Part shown: positions 47,516 to 55,441 of the stretch, piece by piece
Layout of the letters: the number at the start of each line of letters is the position of its first letter
Position numbering within the stretch: position 1 is the stretch's first letter
DNA from: Clostridia bacterium
Lineage (GTDB): Bacteria; Bacillota; Clostridia; Christensenellales; DTU072
Reading direction: 5' to 3'
DNA length: 64,000 nt
Assembly (NCBI GenBank): GCA_041670385.1
Contig: JBAXZI010000002.1
Span: 5,498 to 69,497, forward strand
The notes under the pieces: generated by a model
Told to the model about the DNA's origin: nothing
Seen by the model: the letters and a program-made list of their open reading frames with translations, nothing else
Database searches by the model: none
Program-made: the position numbers and the translations under genes

Positions 47516-48541
47516 ATGTTAAATATAGGAATAATTGGTGCTGGTAGAATAGGGAAAGTACATACTGAGTCAATTACAAGGTTTGTAAAAAATGCACAAG
47601 TTGTGGCAATAGCTGACCCATTTTTGAGTGATACAACAATAAAATGGGCAAAAGAAATGGGGATTAACACAACTTATAAGGATTATAAGAAAATACTTGA
47701 AGATAGCAATATTGATGCAGTTTTAATTTGTTCTTCTACAGATACTCACGCAAAAATAAGCTTAGAAGCAATTGCTTGTGGCAAAAATGTATTTTGTGAA
47801 AAACCAATAGACCACAATATAAACAGAATTTTGGAAGTAAAAAAAGCATTAGAAAATAGTAATGTAAAATATCAAGTAGGTTTTAATAGAAGATATGACC
47901 ACAATTTTAAAGCTGTAAAGAATGCAATAGAGTCTGGGAAAGTAGGGGATTTGGAAATTTTGAAGGTTTGTTCTCGTGACCCAGAAGCCCCACCTATTGA
48001 ATATGTAAAAGTTTCTGGCGGAATGTTCTTGGATATGACAATTCACGATTTTGATATGGTAAGGTTTTTATCGAATTCTGAAGTTGAAGAAGTTTTCGCT
48101 TATGGCGCCGTTTTGGTAGATGAAAAAATTGGCGAGGCAGGAGACATTGATACAGCAATAATAACTATGAAATTAGAAAATAAATGCTTGGCGGTTATTG
48201 ACAATTGTAGGAAATCGTGCTATGGTTATGATCAGAGGGTAGAAGTATTCGGAAGTAAGGGTCAAGTTGCTATAAGCAATGATACTCAAAGCAATGCAGT
48301 AGTTTCAAATGAAGATGGTGTTAGTGCTGAAAAACCATTATTATTTTTCTTAGAACGCTATATGCAAGCTTACGTTAACGAAATCAATAAATTTGTTGAG
48401 TGCGTTAGAAACAATACCAAACCTACAGTTGGTGTAGAAGACGGGTTACAATCAGTATTGATAGGACTCGCTGCCCAACAATCAATTGAATCAGGCAAAC
48501 CTGTTAATGTAAAGGAATTTGCCAAAAAATTTAATATTTAA
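47516..48541 (+). CDS. iolG: inositol 2-dehydrogenase-like Gfo/Idh/MocA oxidoreductase
   Basis: MLNIGIIGAGRIGKVH Rossmann motif, EKP motif (FCEKPI), GFNRRYD. 341 aa. Confidence 0.75.
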   Translation: MLNIGIIGAGRIGKVHTESITRFVKNAQVVAIADPFLSDTTIKWAKEMGINTTYKDYKKILEDSNIDAVLICSSTDTHAKISLEAIACGKNVFCEKPIDHNINRILEVKKALENSNVKYQVGFNRRYDHNFKAVKNAIESGKVGDLEILKVCSRDPEAPPIEYVKVSGGMFLDMTIHDFDMVRFLSNSEVEEVFAYGAVLVDEKIGEAGDIDTAIITMKLENKCLAVIDNCRKSCYGYDQRVEVFGSKGQVAISNDTQSNAVVSNEDGVSAEKPLLFFLERYMQAYVNEINKFVECVRNNTKPTVGVEDGLQSVLIGLAAQQSIESGKPVNVKEFAKKFNI

Positions 48542-48573
48542 AGTTTCTTTTATGAAAAATGTTAGGTTTAACA

Positions 48574-48607
48574 AAAAAGCCATTTAGGGGGTAACTGATG
48601 GCTTTTT
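48574..48607 (+). terminator. intrinsic terminator
   Basis: AAAAAGCCAT...ATGGCTTTTT followed by a T-run. Confidence 0.6.
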
Positions 48608-48680
48608 TGTTAGCCAAAATTAAGAGGGAAAAGCATAAAAAACCTCTAAAATAATATGTTTAGAAGTTAATTTTTATCAA

Positions 48681-49364
48681 TTATTGAATTTGGAAATGTT
48701 TTACAAAAGCATCTACTATTATTTTTTGTCCATATTGATTAGGGTGAATCCCATCTAAACACAATAACGAATTGATATTTAATGATTCAAGGAATTTTTC
48801 TCTTATTTTTACTATTTCAACATCATATTTCTGAGCAATTTCGCCAAGAAGTAGAGAATATTTTTCTTGTTCACGATAAACGGTTTGGGGGTCATTGTGC
48901 AAATATTTCAAAATATTATTATAATTAAGTCCATAACTTACCCATTTTACATAAGACAATGCACAAATAGGTGGGAGAGTCATAAGTATTGGGCGGATAT
49001 TTTTAGAAATAGCTAATTCTATTATTTCCCCAACATTATTTACAAAATCTTCAGGATTTACTTTGGCATTATGAATAATTTCGCAATTTTCACTTATTTT
49101 ACTCCATTTTTTGTCGCAATCATTACCGCCATATTCAATAATAACAGTATCAACATCCTCATTTTTATTAAGGTAGTTTTGGAAAATCTTAATTCCTTTA
49201 TCGCTACAACAGCCCATTTTTGAGATATTGGTTAAATTGACATTTAATTCATTTTGTATTTCTTCCCAATCAACAAATTTAGTAAATGAATATTTTTTAT
49301 CATCATCTAAAATTACTCCGCGAAGTAAAGAATCACCAAGTAAAACAACATTTTTTCTTTTCAT
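48681..49364 (-). CDS. SGNH/GDSL hydrolase (cytoplasmic)
   Basis: VVLLGDSLLRG, GGND and DGIHPN blocks. Start reset to the ATG behind GGTGGAGA. Confidence 0.8.
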   Translation of the reverse strand: MKRKNVVLLGDSLLRGVILDDDKKYSFTKFVDWEEIQNELNVNLTNISKMGCCSDKGIKIFQNYLNKNEDVDTVIIEYGGNDCDKKWSKISENCEIIHNAKVNPEDFVNNVGEIIELAISKNIRPILMTLPPICALSYVKWVSYGLNYNNILKYLHNDPQTVYREQEKYSLLLGEIAQKYDVEIVKIREKFLESLNINSLLCLDGIHPNQYGQKIIVDAFVKHFQIQ

Positions 49365-49551
49365 AATTTCTCCACCATACAATAAATATTTATGTTACAA
49401 GACTAACAAAAAAAATGTTAAAAGTCAAGTGTGATTTTCAGGGTAAAATCTCTCTATAAAATCAATAATTATTGAATAAAAATGGAATAAAGTCACTAAA
49501 ATTTGCCATACTAAAAAATGCGAAAATAGGTGCCAATAGAGTGCTAAAAGT

Positions 49552-49580
49552 TTGACTTTTGCTAAATAAAGGTATATAAT
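49552..49580 (+). promoter_or_regulatory. sigma-A promoter of the helicase gene
   Basis: TTGACT (49552-49557), 17 nt, TATAAT (49575-49580). Confidence 0.5.
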
Positions 49581-49618
49581 AGGCATAAAATAAACAATTG
49601 TCATCGAAGAGTTTGTAG

Positions 49619-51769
49619 ATGGCAACAAAAAGGAGTTATCTAATTAAAACATTTGATGAAATAAATATGCGCGAAGAGACAAAACGCGCACTTGTAGAAA
49701 TGGACATTTCTACACCGACCGAGGTGCAAGCACTAGTCTTGCCCGAAATGCTAGCAGGAAAGGACTGTTTGGTACAATCACCAACAGGAACCGGAAAAAC
49801 ATTTGCTTTTGGAATTCCAATATTGGAAAAAATTGATTTAGAAGAAAGAGAAATTCAAGCTGTAATAGTAAGTCCTACTAGAGAGCTTGCAATGCAAACA
49901 ACACAAGCACTTAAAAATTTATCTAGATTTATTGAAAATCTAAGAATAACTTGTGTAGTTGGGGGACAATCCTTTGACAAACAACTTACTTCTTTAAAAA
50001 GAAAACCACAAATCGTGGTTGGTACACCAGGACGTATGTTGGATTTGATGGAAAGAAAAGCCTTGAGAATCAAAAATGCTAATTTGCTTGTTTTAGACGA
50101 AGCAGATGAAATGTTAAAAATGGGATTTCGTGATGAAATCAATAAGATAGTAGAAAAAATGCCTGAAACAACTCAAAAAGCTTTTTTCTCGGCTACAATG
50201 CCTCGCGAAATCGCGAAATTATCTGAAAATTATCAAAAAGACCCAGTAAATATTAAAGCAACTATAAGTGGTAACGATATGCCTAATATCAAACAGTATT
50301 CACTTAAAGTAGGCGGCAAAAAGAAAGTTGATGCACTAAAATATATATTGGAAGAAAACAAGTATACTTATGTGTTGATTTTTTGTAATACCAAACTTAT
50401 GGTAGACAATTTGCAAGATAGACTTAAAAATGATGGTTATAATGCATTAGGTTTGCACGGAGATATGCTACAAAGACATCGTACTCGTGTAATGGCTAGC
50501 TTTAGAAATAAAGAAATCAACATTTTAGTAGCTACAGATGTAGCTGCAAGAGGTATAGATGTAGATAATATTGAGGCCATTATTAATTATGATATTCCAC
50601 AACAAGCTGAATATTATGTTCACAGAATAGGAAGAACTGCTAGAGCTAAAAGATCTGGTGTTGCTTATACTTTTGTGTCAGGCCGTGATATTTTAAGTAT
50701 TAGAGATATAGAAAGAGAAGCTGGTGTTAAGATGGAAGAATTAGTTATAGAAAATATTACTGATTCACATTTAGGTGCTTCATCAAATGATGGAACGACT
50801 ACTAGATTATTTTTCAATGTAGGAACAAAAGATAATACTACTAGAACTAAAATACTTGATTTATTTGCAACTAGATGTAATATTATGGAAAGCCAAGTAA
50901 AAGAAATCAAACTTTTAGAAATGTTTTCTTTTGTAGAAGCTGATAATGATGTAATAGACAAAATTAAAACGCTATGCGGATTAGAATTTTGCAGCCGTAA
51001 ACTTAATATAGAAGATGCTGGCAAATCTGCTAAAAGAGGCGGACCAAGAAGTAGTTCTGGGTATGGTTCTAACAGAGGCGGACAAAGAACTGAAAGAAAC
51101 GGCTTTAGAAGCGAAAGTGGTGGTTATAGAAGCGACCGAAATGATTCAAGAGGCGAAAGAAGTTTTAAGCCAAGAGAAGAAAGGAGTTTTGCTCCAAGAA
51201 GCGATAGAGGCGAAAGAAGTTCTAGACCAAGAAGCGAAAGTGGCGAAAGAAGCTTTGCTCCAAGAGAAGAAAGAAGCTTTGCTCCAAGAGAAGAAAGAAG
51301 TTTTGCTCCAAGAGAAGAAAGAAGTTTTGCTCCAAGAGAAGAAAGAAGTTCTAGACCAAGAAGCGAAAGTGGCGATAGAAATTTTAGAAGTGATAGAAGC
51401 GAAAGAAGCTATAGCCCAAGAAGTGACAGTGGTGAAAGAAGTTCTAGACCAAGAAGCGACAGCGGGGAAAGAAGTTTTAGCCCAAGAAGTGACAGCGGTG
51501 AAAGAAGTTCTAGACCAAGAAGTGATAGTGGAGAAAGAAGTTTTAGACCAAGAAGCGAAAGTGGCGAAAGAAACTTTAGAAGTGATAGAAGTGATAGTAA
51601 TAGCTACAGAGGTGAAAAAACTTTTAGTCCGAATGGCGAAAGTAGTGAAAAAAGCACTTTTTCTCGTGACAAGGATACAGACAGAGGAGCTCGTCAATTC
51701 ACACCAAGAGGCGACAGCAACAGAAAGTCATTTAATAGTAATAGAAGTAAACCAAGCAGAAATGATTAG
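49619..51769 (+). CDS. DEAD-box ATP-dependent RNA helicase with DbpA-type RNA-binding domain and long Arg/Ser/Glu repeat tail
   Basis: Q motif (F...TPTEVQ), SPTGTGKT, DEAD, SAT and HRIGRTAR. DbpA-like domain (RLFFNVGTKDNTTRTKILDLF...). The last roughly 240 aa are RS/E-rich repeats. Confidence 0.9.
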   Translation: MATKRSYLIKTFDEINMREETKRALVEMDISTPTEVQALVLPEMLAGKDCLVQSPTGTGKTFAFGIPILEKIDLEEREIQAVIVSPTRELAMQTTQALKNLSRFIENLRITCVVGGQSFDKQLTSLKRKPQIVVGTPGRMLDLMERKALRIKNANLLVLDEADEMLKMGFRDEINKIVEKMPETTQKAFFSATMPREIAKLSENYQKDPVNIKATISGNDMPNIKQYSLKVGGKKKVDALKYILEENKYTYVLIFCNTKLMVDNLQDRLKNDGYNALGLHGDMLQRHRTRVMASFRNKEINILVATDVAARGIDVDNIEAIINYDIPQQAEYYVHRIGRTARAKRSGVAYTFVSGRDILSIRDIEREAGVKMEELVIENITDSHLGASSNDGTTTRLFFNVGTKDNTTRTKILDLFATRCNIMESQVKEIKLLEMFSFVEADNDVIDKIKTLCGLEFCSRKLNIEDAGKSAKRGGPRSSSGYGSNRGGQRTERNGFRSESGGYRSDRNDSRGERSFKPREERSFAPRSDRGERSSRPRSESGERSFAPREERSFAPREERSFAPREERSFAPREERSSRPRSESGDRNFRSDRSERSYSPRSDSGERSSRPRSDSGERSFSPRSDSGERSSRPRSDSGERSFRPRSESGERNFRSDRSDSNSYRGEKTFSPNGESSEKSTFSRDKDTDRGARQFTPRGDSNRKSFNSNRSKPSRND
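51194..51580 (+). repeat. in-frame tandem repeats inside the helicase tail (24-nt and 33-nt units)
   Basis: 33-nt units start at 51194, 51227 and 51356, then at 51416, 51449, 51482, 51515 and 51548 (PRSDSGERSxx). 24-nt units AGAGAAGAAAGAAGYTTTGCTCCA start at 51263, 51287, 51311 and 51335 (REERSFAP). Confidence 0.85.
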
Positions 51770-51788
51770 TTTATAAAAAGGAGCAATA

Positions 51789-52409
51789 ATGGAAATAGGC
51801 ATTTGTTATGTTATTGGAGCTGGTGAAGGATTTGATTTTACTACACCAATATTAACAAATGACTATGTTATTGTTGCCGATGGCGGTTACAAAATTGCCA
51901 AAGAACACAATATACCTATTAATTTAATTGTTGGTGATTTCGATTCATTAGGATTTGTTCCCAAAGAAGAGAATGTTATTATTTTGCCAAAAGAAAAAAA
52001 TGACACAGATATGCTTAAAGCATTAAAATTAGGTTTAGAAAAAGGTTATAAAGACTTTGTAATAATGGGAGGATGTGGTGGTAGATTATCACATACTATT
52101 GCCAATATTCAATGCTTAAAATTTCTAGCAAGCAAAGGTGCTAAAGGCACAATAATAGGAAATCAAGAAATAATAACTTTACTTGACAGTAATTCATTAG
52201 ATTTTGCTGAAGATAAGAAAGGATTAATTTCAATATTTGCCTTAGGCGATATAGCTTTAGGCGTTACATTAAAAGGATTAAAATATCCACTTGATAAGTT
52301 TGATATTACCGATAGCTATCCAATTGGAATAAGCAACGAATTTACTGGTAATATATCCCAAATAAGCGTAAGAAAAGGACAACTTTTGATTATTATTAAT
52401 CTTTATTAG
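51789..52409 (+). CDS. thiN: thiamine diphosphokinase
   Basis: 206 aa. IVADGG, GDFDS and KNDTD motifs of TPK. AAAGGAG RBS present. Confidence 0.85.
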   Translation: MEIGICYVIGAGEGFDFTTPILTNDYVIVADGGYKIAKEHNIPINLIVGDFDSLGFVPKEENVIILPKEKNDTDMLKALKLGLEKGYKDFVIMGGCGGRLSHTIANIQCLKFLASKGAKGTIIGNQEIITLLDSNSLDFAEDKKGLISIFALGDIALGVTLKGLKYPLDKFDITDSYPIGISNEFTGNISQISVRKGQLLIIINLY

Positions 52410-53007
52410 GATTTGTTAAATTTAATTTTTCTGAAGAAAATAAAGCATTTACAATTACAGGAACAACAATCGTAAATACGACTAATTCTACTATTGTATT
52501 TAGTGCAACTACGGTAGTCATTATCCATTTGAAATTAATGGTAAGTGTATCAAAGGTACGACCGCGTGCGAATACAAAAAACATTCCTAAAAATAGTATT
52601 GTATTAGTAAGAACACCACAAATTGTGGCTATTGAAGAATATAAATATCTCTTTTTTTTGGAGGTATTATTTTTGTTTGTAAGATAAAAAACGAACCCAC
52701 AAACCAAACCTACCATTATACGAGGGAATACGGATATTAGGGGGTTTACAACAATCATAAACATAGGATTAGCAGACGCTCCAATTAGGGCAATTAGCAT
52801 ACTTACAATACCAAACATAAGACCTGCGACTAAACCGTATTTATAACCGTGAGTTTGGGCGACTACCAAAACAGGTATTAAGCCAAGAGCAAAGCTCATA
52901 GGCATACCTAATATTCGCAATAATTCTGCGAGTAATTGAAGCACTATAATTAGTGCAAATAATAAGCTTAGTAAAGCAATTTTTTTGCTTTTATTTATAT
53001 TTCTCAT
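52396..53007 (-). CDS. ECF transporter S component (substrate unknown; thiamine-related by context only)
   Basis: 203 aa with about 6 TM segments and an S-component-like pattern. Converges on thiN, and the 3' ends overlap by 14 nt. Confidence 0.65.
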   Translation of the reverse strand: MRNINKSKKIALLSLLFALIIVLQLLAELLRILGMPMSFALGLIPVLVVAQTHGYKYGLVAGLMFGIVSMLIALIGASANPMFMIVVNPLISVFPRIMVGLVCGFVFYLTNKNNTSKKKRYLYSSIATICGVLTNTILFLGMFFVFARGRTFDTLTINFKWIMTTVVALNTIVELVVFTIVVPVIVNALFSSEKLNLTNPNKD

Positions 53008-53080
53008 AATTGATTAATAATATAACACAAAAAATCTAGTTTAGCAATTAAAAGTTAGAAATTTCAAAAATTTATAACTA

Positions 53081-53109
53081 TTGACATATTATGTACAAAA
53101 TGATACAAT
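53081..53109 (+). promoter_or_regulatory. sigma-A promoter of the CDF gene
   Basis: TTGACA (53081-53086), 17 nt, TACAAT (53104-53109). Confidence 0.45.
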
Positions 53110-53162
53110 TTCTTTATATTTGCACGATAAATAAAGATATAAAAAGAATTTTGGAGAAATTG

Positions 53163-54005
53163 ATGAATAAGCGCAATAAAATTGGAGTAGGAGCCTCAAT
53201 TATTGGAGCGGTAATAAACGCTTTACTAGGAGGACTAAAGTTTTTTATTGGGCTAGCAACAAATAGTGTTAGTATTCTTACCGATGGAATAAATAATCTA
53301 GGTGATTTTTTATCTAATATTGGCGGAGCAGTCGGAATAGGCGTATCAAGTACAGCTCCTACCAAAAAGCATCCGCACGGTTTTGAAAAATCTGAAGATA
53401 TTGCTACCTTATTTGTGGCTAGTATTTTATTTATTGTTGGCATAATATTTGTTTATAATTCAGCTGATAGATTAGTTTATAGGCGCCCAGTTTATTTTAG
53501 TTGGTTATATTTTGGACTTGTAATCGGTACAATGGTAGTAAAGGTAGCTATGGGAATCGGATATAAATTAGCTAACAAAAAAGTTAATTCTACAATACTT
53601 GATTGTGTAAAAATTGATAGTTATCTTGATGTAGGTATAACATCTGTTGCTTTAATAGGATATACGGTTTCACAATTTACTGGTTTTCCACTTGATGCAA
53701 TCGTAGGTATAGTAATTGGTGTGATCGTTGCAATAAACGGATTTAAACTACTTAAAGGCGCAGTATCTAAATTAATTGGAGAAGACAACCAAGGAATAAG
53801 AAATAGTGTTTTTAAGATGTTACAAGTTGTACCCGAAATTACAAAAATAGAAAAAATTGTTGTTTTTGATAATGGTAAGTCTAGTAGTATAGTAGCTAAG
53901 ATAGAAGCACAATTTGAAAGTATGGAAGAAGTAGAAAATCTAAAAAGTGAAATAAAGGAAAAAACCAATTATATCGTTTATTTTGAAGGTAAAATTGTCA
54001 AATAA
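53163..54005 (+). CDS. cation diffusion facilitator (CDF) family exporter, N-D/D-D site type
   Basis: TM2 motif LTDGINNLGD and TM5 motif KIDSYLDVG. C-terminal cytoplasmic domain present. Start reset to the ATG at 53163 behind TGGAGA. Confidence 0.8.
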   Translation: MNKRNKIGVGASIIGAVINALLGGLKFFIGLATNSVSILTDGINNLGDFLSNIGGAVGIGVSSTAPTKKHPHGFEKSEDIATLFVASILFIVGIIFVYNSADRLVYRRPVYFSWLYFGLVIGTMVVKVAMGIGYKLANKKVNSTILDCVKIDSYLDVGITSVALIGYTVSQFTGFPLDAIVGIVIGVIVAINGFKLLKGAVSKLIGEDNQGIRNSVFKMLQVVPEITKIEKIVVFDNGKSSSIVAKIEAQFESMEEVENLKSEIKEKTNYIVYFEGKIVK

Positions 54006-54039
54006 TAAATAATATTCTTATAAAGGAAGTGTAAATAAA

Positions 54040-55326
54040 ATGGATAAGCAAAAATTAGATAATCAAGTTATTGAAGAAAATAACGAAACAGAAGTAAAGA
54101 AAAAAAGAGTTAAAAGAAAAGATTGGACTCCGGAATATAGAAAACATCGCAGAAAAAAAAGTTGGTTAACTTTTGGCAGTATAATGGGTAGTATTGTATT
54201 AATAATTGCTATTATTGCTATTATTGGTGTAGCCGGTACAGGTGCTAATATTAAGAAAATTAATGCAATGGAAAAAGTTGGTGCTTCGTTAGTGCCTGCT
54301 ACTGATGTAGATACGGGTAACACTACTTTCTATGTTGATAATGCAGAAGACTTTAAAGTTTTGCAACTTACCGATATACATTTAGGCGGTGGTGCATTTA
54401 GCTTGCAAAAAGATAGTTGGGCAATTGATGCAGTAAAGACTTTAGTTGAAGAAAACAAACCAGATTTAGTAATCGTTACTGGAGATATTGCTTATCCTGT
54501 TCCTTTCCAATCGGGTACATTTAATAATAGAAGAGAAGCAAGAGTATTTGCAACACTAATGGAACAACTAGAGGTTTATTGGGCTCCGGTTTTTGGTAAC
54601 CACGATACAGAGATGTACAGTAGTTATGATAGAGAAAGTATCGCAGAATTCTATACAGATGCACAATGGAAATATTGTTTATTTGAAGAAGGCGATAAAG
54701 ATGTAGATGGCTTTGGCAACTATGTAATTAATGTAGAAGAAAATGACACCAATAGAATTATTCATTCATTTTATCTTTTAGATAGTCATTCTTACACAGA
54801 TGGCGATTATTTTGGTGCTGCTTGGAAATATGATAATATTCATCAAAATCAAGTGGATTGGTATAAAAATGAAGTTGCTAGGATTAATAAAATTAATATA
54901 GACAATGGTTTTGAAAGTGTTAAATCAACTATGTATTTCCATATTCCGCTACAAGAATATTTGGAAGCGTGGACAGAATATGTAGACAATGATTTTCAAG
55001 ATACTGATGATGTAAAATATAATTTTGGTGTAGCAGGGGAAGAAGGGAAAGTAGTATATTGCGGAGTAAAAGAAGATGAAATGTTTGACAGTATAATAGA
55101 AATGGGTAGTACTGTTGGCGTATTCTGCGGACATGACCATCTAAACAATTTCTCAATTACATACAAAGGTATTAAATTAACCTATGGTATGAGTATCGAT
55201 TATTTAGCTTATGCGGGTATACAACACAAAACCGAACAAAGAGGTGGTACTGTTATTACTGTACTTAATGATAGTGGAAATGTAGAAATAGCACAATCAC
55301 CTTATGGTGTATCCATAGATAAATAG
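54040..55326 (+). CDS. membrane-anchored metallophosphoesterase
   Basis: N-terminal TM anchor. Motifs TDIH, TGDIAY, GNHD and GHDH. Confidence 0.8.
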   Translation: MDKQKLDNQVIEENNETEVKKKRVKRKDWTPEYRKHRRKKSWLTFGSIMGSIVLIIAIIAIIGVAGTGANIKKINAMEKVGASLVPATDVDTGNTTFYVDNAEDFKVLQLTDIHLGGGAFSLQKDSWAIDAVKTLVEENKPDLVIVTGDIAYPVPFQSGTFNNRREARVFATLMEQLEVYWAPVFGNHDTEMYSSYDRESIAEFYTDAQWKYCLFEEGDKDVDGFGNYVINVEENDTNRIIHSFYLLDSHSYTDGDYFGAAWKYDNIHQNQVDWYKNEVARINKINIDNGFESVKSTMYFHIPLQEYLEAWTEYVDNDFQDTDDVKYNFGVAGEEGKVVYCGVKEDEMFDSIIEMGSTVGVFCGHDHLNNFSITYKGIKLTYGMSIDYLAYAGIQHKTEQRGGTVITVLNDSGNVEIAQSPYGVSIDK

Positions 55327-55346
55327 TATTATTTAATAAAAAAATA

Positions 55347-55381
55347 AAAGTTTGGACAATTTTTTGTCCAAACTTTTTTTT
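55347..55381 (+). terminator. intrinsic terminator
   Basis: 13-bp perfect stem AAAGTTTGGACAA / TTGTCCAAACTTT followed by a T-run. Confidence 0.8.
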
Positions 55382-55441
55382 TAGAATAACATAAAATATG
55401 TTATAATAGTAATAATTAATTTTTAGTAGGAGTAAATGGTT

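Noticed and set aside
51015-51776. Long alternative ORFs over the helicase tail: a 253-aa +2-frame ORF (51015-51776) and a 183-aa antisense ORF (51146-51697).
   Set aside because: Both lie entirely within the purine-rich tandem repeats of the helicase gene. Their products are monotonous (KEVLLQEKKE..., SWSKTSFF...). They have no RBS or independent start context, and the helicase frame is continuous with a recognisable upstream domain. They are repeat-induced open frames.
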